From: Candidatus Culexarchaeum nevadense
GTDB lineage: Archaea > Thermoproteota > Methanomethylicia > Culexarchaeales > Culexarchaeaceae
Reading direction: 5' to 3'
DNA length: 64,000 nt
Assembly: GCA_025060975.1 (NCBI GenBank)
Contig: JANZKA010000001.1
Location: 28,607-92,606 of the forward strand
Positions within the stretch are counted from its first letter, which is position 1, and each line of letters begins with the position of its first letter. The notes below the pieces were generated by a model, which was not told where the DNA came from, searched no databases, and worked only from the letters and a program-made list of their open reading frames with translations. This document shows positions 51,232-61,522 of this stretch, piece by piece. A program made the translations under genes and the position numbers.

Positions 51232-51930
51232 TCATCTATCAATATTCCCACGCTCTTTAACAATTAAGGATTTAACTTTATCTGTAAGACCAGGCAGATG
51301 TGATTCTTCTTCCACAAGAGATATTATCTTCCTCACTAAATTGACTATTTGAGGATCTGTGGAAGATATCCAAATCCTACCATTCCTACCCATTATAATT
51401 TTGCAGCTAAGCTCTTTCTTAATCATGTTTATCATGGAACCACGTCTACCAATAAGTCTGGGCACCTTCACAGGAGAGAATGTTATTAGTGTACCATTTT
51501 CTAACTTACCGAGATCCTTTCCCTTTATGGACAATAGTGGACTTCTAAGTTTATCAAATGCTATAACCTCAGCAAGTATGACATCACCAGACTTAAGATA
51601 TCTCCTAATATCTTCTCTTGCAACATCCACGGGTTTAGATAACGCATCAGAAAACTGTAAAACTGCAATATAAGGGGAGTTTATGTCTACTTGCCAACTT
51701 GTGGGTGAATTATCTATTATTACTCCTATAACATTATCACCAACCCTCGGAATATAGAATCCTTGCAGTGGAATTATATTTACAACCCTATTCTTAATTT
51801 CGCATAACCCAAATACTGATGAAAAAATTTTATTCCCTTCAGTATAAGTATATGCACCTGCCCTAAAAGACCCTTCGGCGATAAGATCACCAGGAAAAAC
51901 TATACTTCTAGATCTAACTTTTTCACCCAC
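51232..51930 (-). CDS. rrp4: Exosome RNA-binding subunit Rrp4 (S1 + KH)
   Basis: S1 domain followed by a KH GxxG loop (IGRRGSMIN). 232 aa. Confidence 0.85.
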   Translation of the reverse strand: MGEKVRSRSIVFPGDLIAEGSFRAGAYTYTEGNKIFSSVFGLCEIKNRVVNIIPLQGFYIPRVGDNVIGVIIDNSPTSWQVDINSPYIAVLQFSDALSKPVDVAREDIRRYLKSGDVILAEVIAFDKLRSPLLSIKGKDLGKLENGTLITFSPVKVPRLIGRRGSMINMIKKELSCKIIMGRNGRIWISSTDPQIVNLVRKIISLVEEESHLPGLTDKVKSLIVKERGNIDR

Positions 51931-51940
51931 GTAACATCAC

Positions 51941-52636
51941 CTAGCGAATGACATTTATTTCCACATTCCCCTTACAAAGTTTATTCATCTTTTCTATAAA
52001 GGATGGTTGAAGCCCCGCAGGCATTTCAATTTCGCAGAGCAAGGATCCATCAGATAACCACTCAGAACGTTTTATTACACCAAAGCTTGAAATAAAACCA
52101 TAAACTTTACCAGCATACTCAGCGCCTACCTTTACATTCAATGTAACATTAGCTATCTTCAATGGCAAAACATTTCTCAAACTTTTAATAATACTTAAGC
52201 TCTGCTCCTCCGCATCTTTGAATGGATCTATCTGTACTCCAACCTCCTCCATAGCTAATTCTATCCTTTTGGGAGGATGAGGTAGATTGGTTCTGGGATC
52301 AACGCAACACTTAGATATAAGGTTTATAATCTGCCTCTTCTTATTTTCAATCATCTCCTTCCTCTGCTCACTAGTTAGCTGCAGTACACCATTCTTTAAA
52401 ATAATTGGGGCAATTTTATATATGTCAGTAGTACCAAAAACTTTGATTAAGCTCTCTTCAGAAGCTTTTAAACCCTTAGTTGCATCCTTATAGATTATCT
52501 CACCAACTAAAATGTCATTTAAATCGATATTTCCCCCTTGTTTAAAGGCCCATGCCAAATTTGGCTTTACAAGTATTTCAAAACGCTCACCTTTACATGT
52601 ATACCTAGCTATTACATAATCCCTTTTCGAACTCAT
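51941..52636 (-). CDS. SBDS-family ribosome maturation protein (Sdo1)
   Basis: N-terminal FYSH domain (ARYTCKGERFEILV). 231 aa. Confidence 0.85.
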   Translation of the reverse strand: MSSKRDYVIARYTCKGERFEILVKPNLAWAFKQGGNIDLNDILVGEIIYKDATKGLKASEESLIKVFGTTDIYKIAPIILKNGVLQLTSEQRKEMIENKKRQIINLISKCCVDPRTNLPHPPKRIELAMEEVGVQIDPFKDAEEQSLSIIKSLRNVLPLKIANVTLNVKVGAEYAGKVYGFISSFGVIKRSEWLSDGSLLCEIEMPAGLQPSFIEKMNKLCKGNVEINVIR

Positions 52637-52736
52637 TCATGGCACCACTTTATGGAAGCATCCTCCATTTATTAAATATTTGTTGTGCAAATATAATAAT
52701 TTTAAATTTTAATAAAATTAAAGAGACATCGTTATA

Positions 52737-53453
52737 CTATACTTCACTAATTAGTGAAGCCACCTCCTCTCTAGACAACTTTCTAAATATACGATCTTTT
52801 ACTGAAACAACACCTATTTCAATTTTATCTGGATCTATCGGGCTTTCAACCACGGGCTTCACTGCTGCGACAGCCAGTTTAAGAGCTTCATTTAGAGAGA
52901 TTTCAAATTTATAATTCTTTTCAAGAAATTCGGTGACTTGTTGACTGCCAGACCCTATTGCCCTAGCAAAATATAGTGCATATGCTCCGCTAGGTTCTGT
53001 CATTAATAATCTTGGACCATTATCATCAACGCCAGCTATTAGAAAAGCTACACCAAATGGTCTTACTCCGCCGCGTTGAGTAAATATCTGCATGACATCA
53101 CTAATTCTCTTAGTTAAAACTTCAACATCTATTGGTTCATCATATAAAATCCTATTTAGCTGAGCTTCTTGACGTGCATAATCTATCAGTATTCTAGCAT
53201 CAAAAGGGAAACCTGCATAAGTTATGCCAATATGTTCATCAATTTTGAATATTTTCTCAAGAGATGAATAATCTATTAATGGTAGAATCTTCCTCCTTTC
53301 AGCAACTAAAACAACGCCTTCAATACACCTGATACCTAATGCAGTAAACCCGCGTCTAACAGCTTCCATAGCATACTCAACTTGAAATAGTCTCCCGTCA
53401 GGTGAAAAAACAGTTATAGCTCTATCATAACCCATTCCAGGCGGCGTGAACAA
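52737..53453 (-). CDS. psmA: Proteasome alpha subunit
   Basis: GYDRAITVFSPDGRLFQVEYA signature. The 6-frame ORF extends to 53501. The probable start is the in-frame TTG at 53451-53453, giving M-FTPPGMGYDR, comparable to Sulfolobus MAFGPAAMGYDR. Confidence 0.9.
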   Translation of the reverse strand: MFTPPGMGYDRAITVFSPDGRLFQVEYAMEAVRRGFTALGIRCIEGVVLVAERRKILPLIDYSSLEKIFKIDEHIGITYAGFPFDARILIDYARQEAQLNRILYDEPIDVEVLTKRISDVMQIFTQRGGVRPFGVAFLIAGVDDNGPRLLMTEPSGAYALYFARAIGSGSQQVTEFLEKNYKFEISLNEALKLAVAAVKPVVESPIDPDKIEIGVVSVKDRIFRKLSREEVASLISEV

Positions 53454-53525
53454 TGCATACCACCCTTTAACCTTGTTACCTAAATTGTAGGAATTAAGCA
53501 ATAAACTTTACTATCTAATAATTTT

Positions 53526-53591
53526 GGGGTCCGTTCGTCGCGAGTACGTCATCCCTTAAGTCAGACTTCTGGGACGGCTTCTTCATACCCC
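53526..53591 (-). ncRNA. Candidate C/D-box sRNA-like structured element (GC-rich) between pop5 and psmA
   Basis: Minus strand: GGGGU-AUGAAGA(C-like)-15nt-CUGA(D')-8nt-AUGACGU(C'-like)-12nt-CGGA(D-like)-CCCC. The GGGG/CCCC terminal stem flanks the box elements. Its strong GC bias stands out against the AT-rich intergenic DNA. Confidence 0.25.
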
Positions 53592-53945
53592 AGTAATCAA
53601 TTGTTTAGACAGATTATTAAGTATTTTCTCTGCTTTTTTAAATGTTCCAGAGATCTTCACTACGCTGAAAATAACATCATCACCAGCTATTCTCCTTATA
53701 AGAGCTAAAGCAGCTCTAACTTTTATAACGCTTAAATGATCACATCGTAAAATTCCAATTCCAAGTTCAGGGCAGTATTTCATTAAACTAAAGCTTATCT
53801 TACTAGAACCCACCTCCCCAAATAAGGAAATGAATGATGAAAATATTGCATTTAAAACGTCTGAAAAACTAATTAAACGCCCACTTTTACGTATAACCCT
53901 AAAAACCATATACCTATTTTTCTTCAATTTTACCATCTTTATCAA
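53583..53945 (-). CDS. rnp2: RNase P protein component Pop5 (Rnp2)
   Basis: KKNRYMVFRV, GIGILRCDH and VVKISGTFKK align with Pyrococcus Pop5 (KKRYIAFKV, GIIRCDR, VLGVSGTIKR). About 115 aa. Confidence 0.7.
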   Translation of the reverse strand: MIKMVKLKKNRYMVFRVIRKSGRLISFSDVLNAIFSSFISLFGEVGSSKISFSLMKYCPELGIGILRCDHLSVIKVRAALALIRRIAGDDVIFSVVKISGTFKKAEKILNNLSKQLITGV

Positions 53946-54678
53946 CCCTCCCTAGCAATCTAACCCCTTTACACACCATTTCACCACTGAGTTTCTTCCT
54001 ATTTCTTTCGATTAAATTTAATGGGTTACTTGACACAAATTGCAATGCGTCAAATTCAGAAACGCCAAAGAGCGTTACTATGGATGCCATTGCCCTTGGA
54101 TCCCTCATTTCAAAGACATTTCTAGCCCCCGAGGAAACTATTACGGGAACACCGTACTTAAGAGCTAACCTAACGTTCTCAGACATTATTCTAAGAGTTT
54201 TTATCCTCTCACCAGCATTAGAACATTTAAGGATATCAACAATATTTATTTCCAGAACAGAATTACTTTTAGCAGCTAATTTCGCCTCCGAAACATCGAA
54301 AAAGTTGGATTTCCAACTTAAGAATGAAAAGTTTAAAATATCCACGCGACTATCTCTAGCAGCAAATCTAGCTACATGAATGTTATTACAAAAAACGGAG
54401 ATCACCTCAACTTTGCCCCTATAAAATCTGAGGTCTTTCTTTAAATCATCTACACTTTGAGGATAAAGGTCGACTCTACTGACCATATCTATGCCATACT
54501 CATTAAACATCTTTTTTAAATCTCCAATCATATCGATGTTATGCCTATTGAAACCGGATAAACCTATATAATTGAAGCCAAGCATAGAAGCCATATTAAT
54601 TATTTCGGGTATGGATGATGATTCAGTAGATATATCTGAGAGGACATGTAGATCAACAAAAAGTTTACCCATGATCAT
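53914..54678 (-). CDS. rnp3: RNase P protein component Rpp30 (Rnp3), PHP/TIM-barrel-like
   Basis: 254 aa. Position upstream of pop5/psmA in the conserved superoperon. FVDLHV N-terminus typical of Rpp30. Confidence 0.7.
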   Translation of the reverse strand: MIMGKLFVDLHVLSDISTESSSIPEIINMASMLGFNYIGLSGFNRHNIDMIGDLKKMFNEYGIDMVSRVDLYPQSVDDLKKDLRFYRGKVEVISVFCNNIHVARFAARDSRVDILNFSFLSWKSNFFDVSEAKLAAKSNSVLEINIVDILKCSNAGERIKTLRIMSENVRLALKYGVPVIVSSGARNVFEMRDPRAMASIVTLFGVSEFDALQFVSSNPLNLIERNRKKLSGEMVCKGVRLLGRVDKDGKIEEK

Positions 54679-55145
54679 TCACCTGAAATTAAACCAATTT
54701 CCATACACACATTCTTTACAAGTCTCCTTTTAACATTAAATTTCAGGGTTACTTTGATTACTTCACTACCATCGTTTAATCTTAATACACCATTATATGC
54801 AGCACCTTTATCAAACCTTATATGCAGAACACGAGACTCATCCAACCTATAGTCAAAGGTTCTATAGAGTAACTTCTTATCATTTTCATTAATGTTCTTA
54901 CAGAAGTACTCAACAATCTCCTTCACAGCAAGCTCATCGGAAAATTGTAATTTTAAATTTACAATGATATTACCATAATATCCCTCTAAGATGTCTTCGT
55001 AAAATACTACTCCAGATCTAATGGATTCAGGTATGAGGTTCATCATTGCAGTTTTAACCTTATTCAAGTCTTCGGTAGCATGGCAGAAAGCATTTATTGA
55101 AATTTCAGTTATTGGAATATTCCTAATTGTCATAGTTGTATGCAA
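54675..55145 (-). CDS. DUF54-family protein (predicted exosome/RNase P-associated RNA-binding protein)
   Basis: 156 aa. Conserved position between rpl15e and rpp30 in the archaeal superoperon. Confidence 0.45.
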   Translation of the reverse strand: MHTTMTIRNIPITEISINAFCHATEDLNKVKTAMMNLIPESIRSGVVFYEDILEGYYGNIIVNLKLQFSDELAVKEIVEYFCKNINENDKKLLYRTFDYRLDESRVLHIRFDKGAAYNGVLRLNDGSEVIKVTLKFNVKRRLVKNVCMEIGLISGE

Positions 55146-55187
55146 TAAATTGATAGATGAAAACTATATTAATAATGTTATTGCAAT

Positions 55188-55760
55188 TCAACTTTTAGAC
55201 GCAGAAGATCTACTTGGCCTATTCTTTACAGCCCTCGAACCCTTAACATACAGTCCTCTAGATTTCCTGCCAGCAGGAGTTAAACCTCTAAAAACTCTTC
55301 TACGCTGACTTGGGTTACAAATCCAATTAATATCTGGATCGTTTATTATGCTTGGATGATTAGGGTCGACAAGTATAACTTCGAACCACTTATATCTGCC
55401 GTCTTCTCCAACCCAGTAACTTGCAAGTACTTCCAGATTTGGGTATTTCCTAGCAGCCTTCTCCTCCGCAATCCATTGTAAGCTCTTCTTGACAGTATGT
55501 CCATGAACACCCATCCTCTTTGGACGTCTTCCACTATCAGGTCTAGCTTTACTCATACTTCCACGTTTCACTCTAACTCTAACAACTATAAACCCCTGTT
55601 TAGCTTTGTATCCAAGAGCTCTAGCTCTATCTAGTCTGGTAGGTTTTTCGATTCTAACAACGGAGGGGCCTTTACGCCATTGTATAAGTCTCTCCCTAAC
55701 GAGTTCGGGAAACGCCCCCCTTCTAATCTCCTTCCATAATAGCGAAATATGTTTGTACAT
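55188..55760 (-). CDS. rpl15e: 50S ribosomal protein L15e
   Basis: [11 protein letters not shown]...[33 protein letters not shown], highly conserved eL15. Confidence 0.9.
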   Translation of the reverse strand: MYKHISLLWKEIRRGAFPELVRERLIQWRKGPSVVRIEKPTRLDRARALGYKAKQGFIVVRVRVKRGSMSKARPDSGRRPKRMGVHGHTVKKSLQWIAEEKAARKYPNLEVLASYWVGEDGRYKWFEVILVDPNHPSIINDPDINWICNPSQRRRVFRGLTPAGRKSRGLYVKGSRAVKNRPSRSSASKS

Positions 55761-55823
55761 GGATGCTCATCCCACGAAACATTTCTCCATTATCAGTTAC
55801 GAATATAAGGACTCCTTAACCTT

Positions 55824-56756
55824 TTATAAACTTTTCTTCGCAAAAGCTTCAATTATTTTATTTGCAAGCAGGATTGATGCCATTTTTTGAGCTTCAATAG
55901 TCATTGAACCTATGTGAGGAGTTACAACAACATTTTCAAGTGATATCAATTCTTTTTCCCAAGGTTCCTTTGGAGGTTCATTTTCAAAGACATCTAAACA
56001 AGCACCATAAAGATGTCCGCTCTTCAAATACTTCAGCAAAGCTTTATTATCGATTACAGCACCTCTCGAAGTATTAATAAGTATAGCTCCTTTCTTCATA
56101 ATCTTAAACTTCTCCTCATTTAGTAAGTATTTTGTCTGGGGAGTTAAAGGTACATGCAAGGTCACCACATCTGAGGTTTTCAATAAATCATCAAGCTCAA
56201 AAAACTCAACACCCAGCTCTCTCTCAACAGAGGAATCTGGCCTGAAAATATCATAATATATAACTCTCATTTCAAATGCTTTAGCCTTCTTTGCAACTTC
56301 CCTACCAATTCTACCGAACCCAATTATTCCCATGGTTTTACCCTTCAATTCAAAGCCCATTGCAAGCTTTTTAGGCCATTCACCCATCTTCATAAGTCTA
56401 TCGCATACTGATATTTTTCTAATCAATGATAGTAGCATTCCGAAAACCAATTCTGAAACTGAAGACGCAGCTATCTCAGGGGTATTTAGGACCACTATCC
56501 CCTTAGCTTCAGCTGCTTTCACATCAATATTATCTAAGCCGACACCAGCACGACCTATAAAGCGTAAATTAACACCTGCCTCTATAATATCATTATCAAC
56601 CTTAGTTCTACTACGTACAACCAGCCCTTCATAATTGGATATTATCTTCTTCAACTCATCATATGTTATATCAAATTTCAAATCAAGTTCAAATCCAGCT
56701 TTCCTAAGAATATCTATACCTTCACTAGAAATCTCATCTGCAATCAATATTTTCAA
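55824..56756 (-). CDS. serA: D-isomer-specific 2-hydroxyacid dehydrogenase (D-3-phosphoglycerate dehydrogenase-like)
   Basis: NAD-binding GIIGFGRIGREVA, catalytic R/E/H (RGA...E...H). 310 aa. Confidence 0.75.
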   Translation of the reverse strand: MKILIADEISSEGIDILRKAGFELDLKFDITYDELKKIISNYEGLVVRSRTKVDNDIIEAGVNLRFIGRAGVGLDNIDVKAAEAKGIVVLNTPEIAASSVSELVFGMLLSLIRKISVCDRLMKMGEWPKKLAMGFELKGKTMGIIGFGRIGREVAKKAKAFEMRVIYYDIFRPDSSVERELGVEFFELDDLLKTSDVVTLHVPLTPQTKYLLNEEKFKIMKKGAILINTSRGAVIDNKALLKYLKSGHLYGACLDVFENEPPKEPWEKELISLENVVVTPHIGSMTIEAQKMASILLANKIIEAFAKKSL

Positions 56757-56778
56757 ATAACTCCACCCAATAAAGACT

Positions 56779-58116
56779 TTATTTTCTAAACTTCTTTAAA
56801 GCTATTTCGGATGCTCTGACCACAGGCTCAATAATGTCAGCAACGGGTGGACTATAACAAGTCTCCATGTTAACAACGTCATCGACTATTGCTTTCATAG
56901 AAATTAAAGCTGACAATAAATTGACTCGTTGAGCTACATCACTAACCCCAATTATTTGACCCCCAATCAATCTACCATTATCAGCATTAAAAATGACTTT
57001 CACAGTTAAATCACCATGAGAAGGATAGTACTCCGCTTTAGTGTACCATTTGGTTTTACCCACAATGACCTTAATACCTTCCTTTTCAGCTTGTTCAACA
57101 TTTAACCCGGTCGCACCAATCTCATAATCAAAAACTTTCAATACCATTGAACCTAACGTTCCATGAAATTTCATAGAACCTCCAGCTGCATTTACCCCAG
57201 CGACATTCCCTTGCTTATAAGCCACCGTACCAAGATATGGTGTGAAAGGTTTTGATGTTATTAAGTGTCTTGTTTCAACACAATCTCCAGCAGAATATAT
57301 ACCAGCTTTCGATGTTTCTTGAAATTCATTAGTTTTGATAGCATAAGAGCCGATCTCTAAGCCGATCTTTTTAGCAAAATCCACATTAGCTCTAACTCCA
57401 GTAGAAACCAATACAGCGTCACAATCAATGATTTCATCATTAACAACAACGCCTTCAACAGTATTAGAACCAAGGACCTCGTTAACTCTTCCATTCAGTT
57501 TCAAAGTAACGTTATGTTTAACTATACTTTCCTGAAGAATCGAAGCCATATCATCATCCAAAATATTAGGTAAAACCTTTGGCATAAGTTCAACTACATG
57601 AACTTTAATACCCCTCCTCAAAAATGCTTCAGCACATTCCAGACCAATAGCACCAGCACCTACGATCACGAAATGCTTAACCTTCCCAAGTGCATTGATA
57701 ATTTTAACACAATCGTCAATACTTCTTAAAGTAAATACGTTGTTCAAATTTAAATTTCTGATTGGGGGTAAATAAGATTGTGAACCAGTTGCAACTATTA
57801 ATGAATCAAATTTTATTTGTTTAATTTCTCCACTATCGACCTTTTCAACGTATAAAGTATCACCAATGACATCAACAGCTCTAAAGCCCAACATTAGATC
57901 TAAACCTAATCTAAGAAGCATATTTCTAGAAACAACCATCAATTTTTCGAAACTATCAATTTGACCTCCAATAACAAAAGGTAAACCACAACGTGAATAA
58001 GTTAAATAACGTTCTTCAGAAATTACAGTTACAGATACACTTGGATCTTGCGATTTAGCAGATAATGCCGCCCTAAGACCAGCTGTGCCGAAACCAACGA
58101 TTACAATTCTTTTCAA
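56779..58116 (-). CDS. CoA-disulfide reductase / NADH oxidase (pyridine nucleotide-disulfide oxidoreductase)
   Basis: FAD fold IVIVGFGTAGL, redox-active single Cys in YSRCGLP, second NAD(P) fold VIVGAGAIG. 445 aa. Confidence 0.75.
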   Translation of the reverse strand: MKRIVIVGFGTAGLRAALSAKSQDPSVSVTVISEERYLTYSRCGLPFVIGGQIDSFEKLMVVSRNMLLRLGLDLMLGFRAVDVIGDTLYVEKVDSGEIKQIKFDSLIVATGSQSYLPPIRNLNLNNVFTLRSIDDCVKIINALGKVKHFVIVGAGAIGLECAEAFLRRGIKVHVVELMPKVLPNILDDDMASILQESIVKHNVTLKLNGRVNEVLGSNTVEGVVVNDEIIDCDAVLVSTGVRANVDFAKKIGLEIGSYAIKTNEFQETSKAGIYSAGDCVETRHLITSKPFTPYLGTVAYKQGNVAGVNAAGGSMKFHGTLGSMVLKVFDYEIGATGLNVEQAEKEGIKVIVGKTKWYTKAEYYPSHGDLTVKVIFNADNGRLIGGQIIGVSDVAQRVNLLSALISMKAIVDDVVNMETCYSPPVADIIEPVVRASEIALKKFRK

Positions 58117-58207
58117 TTACCACCACCAACTAACTTAAATATGTTAGAATACACTACTATAAATCAGGATAAAAGGTTAACTTCCAAAGATATTAATTGA
58201 AGTGTAG

Positions 58208-59434
58208 CTACAAATTGGGGGGAGAAAAATACTTTGTGGAATAGTAGGGAAACCAAACACAGGTAAATCAACATTTTTCGCAGCAGCAACACTAGTACCA
58301 GTAAAAATAGCTCCATACCCATTTACAACCATAGAACCAAATGTAGGAATAGCATATGTAAGAACGAAATGCGTATGCAAAGAATTTAACGTGAAAGATA
58401 ATCCAAAAAACTCTCTATGTATAGATGGAAATAGATTCATACCAATACAAATGATAGACGTCGCAGGTTTAGTGCCAGACGCTTGGAAAGGTAGGGGATT
58501 AGGCAACAGGTTTCTAGATGAATTAAGAAAAGCTTCGGTATTAATACATGTAGTAGACGCGTCGGGAGGAACAGATGAGGAAGGCAGAATAGTGCCTCCA
58601 GGAACACATGATCCATGTAGAGATGTAGAATTCCTTGAGAAGGAAATAGTAATGTGGATAAAACAAATACTAATCGCAGATTGGCAGAGAATTGTAAAGA
58701 GGAGAGAAAGTAGTATAGAAGAAATTCTAACGGAAAAGTTGAGTGGTCTCCAAATAAGTAAAAGAGACATTGAGAAAACACTAGAAAAAACTGATTTAAA
58801 GAGTAAAAGGCTTGAATTATGGAACGATGAAGACATAACGAGATTCTGTTACGAAATAAGAAGGGAAAATAAGCCAATTGTGATAGCGGCAAACAAAATA
58901 GATGTTCCAACGGCGGAAGATGGATTTAAAAAATTGAAAGAGAGATATGGGGGTAGTAGCATCATAATCCCATGTAGTGCCGAGGCAGAGCTCGTTCTCA
59001 GAAAAGCTGCTGAAAAAGGGTTTATCAGATATCTACCAGGAGATGATAAATTCGAAATAATAAATGAAAGTAAATTGACCTCAGAACAGAGGAAAGCACT
59101 AAAAATAATTGAAGAAAGGGTTTTAATGAAATGGAAAGGTACAGGTATCCAAGAAATAATAAATACAGCCATATTAGATGTCTTAAAAATGATAGTGGTT
59201 TATCCGGTGGAAGATGTAAATAAGCTGTCAGATCATCATGGAAACGTATTGCCCGATGCCCTACTTATTAGAGAAAGTTCTACTGCAAGAGAACTTGCAT
59301 ATATGATACATCAAGAGCTTGGAGACACTTTCCTATATGCTATCGATGTAAGAACAAAACATAAAATTGGGGAAGATGCACCATTGAAAATGAATGATAT
59401 AATAAAAATCGTCGCGACAAAAGCTAGAAAGTAA
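58208..59434 (+). CDS. Obg-like/YchF-type GTPase (OLA1 family). Canonical start missing; the 6-frame ORF begins at GTG 58391.
   Basis: The G1 motif GIVGKPNTGKST is encoded in-frame at 58241-58276, upstream of the first GTG, after a stop at 58205. G3 DVAGLV, G4 NKID. C-terminal TGS-like domain. Confidence 0.7.
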   Translation, partial: LQIGGRKILCGIVGKPNTGKSTFFAAATLVPVKIAPYPFTTIEPNVGIAYVRTKCVCKEFNVKDNPKNSLCIDGNRFIPIQMIDVAGLVPDAWKGRGLGNRFLDELRKASVLIHVVDASGGTDEEGRIVPPGTHDPCRDVEFLEKEIVMWIKQILIADWQRIVKRRESSIEEILTEKLSGLQISKRDIEKTLEKTDLKSKRLELWNDEDITRFCYEIRRENKPIVIAANKIDVPTAEDGFKKLKERYGGSSIIIPCSAEAELVLRKAAEKGFIRYLPGDDKFEIINESKLTSEQRKALKIIEERVLMKWKGTGIQEIINTAILDVLKMIVVYPVEDVNKLSDHHGNVLPDALLIRESSTARELAYMIHQELGDTFLYAIDVRTKHKIGEDAPLKMNDIIKIVATKARK

Positions 59435-59792
59435 AACTATCTTTTGAAAAGTGGGGATCCTCCTTAAAATACCAACCTGGCCCCTTTTTAGATCCAAAAA
59501 AGCGAACTCCTTTCTCTTTTAATAAAACCCTAATCTTCTCAGCTTCTTCATGAGATAACTCATTACGTCTCTCCAAATAATCCACTATTTCAAGTGCCTG
59601 TGACTCGGTATCACATCTTCTAATAAAATCGATAACATTGGGATTATAGCCTCTAAACTTCGGCACATTATGTTTTCCGCCTTTACTGGAAGAAGAATCT
59701 TTAATTCCCAATTTCATGGAACAGGTATTCTCCTCAATTTCCTTAGCCAAGTTGGGGAAATTCTTCTTAAAAGTTTCCCAATCCATAGCCAT
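59424..59792 (-). CDS. Hypothetical protein
   Basis: 122-aa ORF convergent with the GTPase (11-nt overlap). No motif. Confidence 0.3.
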   Translation of the reverse strand: MAMDWETFKKNFPNLAKEIEENTCSMKLGIKDSSSSKGGKHNVPKFRGYNPNVIDFIRRCDTESQALEIVDYLERRNELSHEEAEKIRVLLKEKGVRFFGSKKGPGWYFKEDPHFSKDSFTF

Positions 59793-59883
59793 TTTTCATA
59801 CTCCGAAAAAAGTATCAAAAATGAAGTAAATAAATATTTACTTTAATGGCTTTCTTTCGCAAAATGACTTGCTACAAATAATG

Positions 59884-61470
59884 TCACTTAATGAGCGATA
59901 GTGATTTACTATATTCATTCATTAAGAGCGAACTATCATATCCAATATCAATGCTATCCCATGGAAATTTGTATTTAAAATCCAATTTATTCACAACGAT
60001 ATCTTCTAGGGAAAAATTAAAGAATTTTTCAGCAGCATACCAAGAAGAAAGTGAACCACCATTTTTAGCAACAAAAAGCAAGATAGGCGCGATATCGGGT
60101 CCTGAGCGTGAAATAAAAGCCTGCACAATACTCTCTCTTAAATTTGGAAATCTTATATCAAAACGTCTATCTCCATATAAAGCATCTTTAATCAATTTAA
60201 CCTTCTTTTTGAGAGATTTCTTAGAATCCATTCCAAACCATTGAAATGGTGTATTTGGTTTTGGTACAAAAAATGAAAAAGATACCCGTATGCTCTTCGA
60301 ATAATCGAAACCAATATCTGCGATTTTACGCAAAGAGGATATTATCAGCTCAATATCCTCGATACTTTCACCAGGCAATCCAATCATAAAATACAGTTTA
60401 ATGTTATTGAAACCAATGTTTTTAACAAGTTTAGCTACGTCAAATAAGAGATCCTCTTCAAATCTTTTATTAATAATTTTAAGTAATTTTTGAGAAACAG
60501 TTTCAGGGGCAAATACAGGTGTTCTTTGTCCACCGAGTTTTAAGAATTTAAGAAGCTCTTCATCAACGAAATCTAATCGTAGAGATGGGAGGGAAAACCT
60601 GAATCCACATTTATACAAGTACTCTAAGATGTCTTTGAGGTTGGGATGAGCAAAAGCTGCCGAACCAATTATTATCAGATTATTTGTTGGTGTAAACCTC
60701 AAACCCTCATTTACTATTGCAAGTATCTTCCCGAAAGACCTAAATCTCATGGGAAGATAATTATAACTCTCAAGACAGAATCTGCAACCAAATCCACAGC
60801 CTCGAGAGATTTCAAGCAAAAAAGATTTTCCTAAAACTGGGTAAAATGGACTGTTAGACGGACATACTGGAATTATTTGCTTCAATGCGTGATGAGCATC
60901 ATCCAAGTTTTCAACCCAAACTCTCTTAACCCTATTATCAAATGATGGCACATACACTCCTGGAATCTTGGACACATTTTCAAGCAATTCAATTCTTCCT
61001 CTACCTTCAAATTCAATAACTGTGTCCAAGAATCTATGTAAAGTATCTTCAACTTCACCTACAAATATAACATCTGCAAAATTAGCTAATGGTCCAGGGT
61101 TAGATGTAATGGCAGGTCCCCCTAAACATATTATCGGGTCACTTTCACCACGATCTTTTGATAGTGGGGGTATACCTGATTCCAAAAGTACTTTTATAAA
61201 ATTTACATAGTCTAACTCATACTGTAATGAGAAACCAATTATGTTAAATGAATTTAAGTACCGTTTTGATTCAATAGATGTCAAAGGCATGTTTTGATCT
61301 AGAAAGAACCTCTCACATAACACATCCTTACGGGAATTTAGAAGCTCGTATAGTAGGTGAATTGCTAAACATGACATCCCAACTCTATACATATTTGGAT
61401 AACAGAGCGCGAATTTGATTGGAATACCCCTCCAATCCTTTTTAACCACATTATACTCCACTAGATTCAT
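59884..61470 (-). CDS. Radical SAM protein with N-terminal B12-binding-like domain
   Basis: CGFGCRFC (C-x3-C-x2-C) in SRGCGFGCRFCLE. 528 aa. Confidence 0.75.
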   Translation of the reverse strand: MNLVEYNVVKKDWRGIPIKFALCYPNMYRVGMSCLAIHLLYELLNSRKDVLCERFFLDQNMPLTSIESKRYLNSFNIIGFSLQYELDYVNFIKVLLESGIPPLSKDRGESDPIICLGGPAITSNPGPLANFADVIFVGEVEDTLHRFLDTVIEFEGRGRIELLENVSKIPGVYVPSFDNRVKRVWVENLDDAHHALKQIIPVCPSNSPFYPVLGKSFLLEISRGCGFGCRFCLESYNYLPMRFRSFGKILAIVNEGLRFTPTNNLIIIGSAAFAHPNLKDILEYLYKCGFRFSLPSLRLDFVDEELLKFLKLGGQRTPVFAPETVSQKLLKIINKRFEEDLLFDVAKLVKNIGFNNIKLYFMIGLPGESIEDIELIISSLRKIADIGFDYSKSIRVSFSFFVPKPNTPFQWFGMDSKKSLKKKVKLIKDALYGDRRFDIRFPNLRESIVQAFISRSGPDIAPILLFVAKNGGSLSSWYAAEKFFNFSLEDIVVNKLDFKYKFPWDSIDIGYDSSLLMNEYSKSLSLIK

Positions 61471-61522
61471 AAATGCCTTCTAGAAGATATATAAAATAAA
61501 CCAGAAATAATTAACGTTAAGT

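Noticed and set aside
58177-59172. Minus-strand ORFs (219, 157 and 107 aa) overlapping the Obg-like GTPase gene
   Set aside because: They are antisense to a well-supported conserved GTPase. Their composition is consistent with shadow frames, and they have no start or promoter context.
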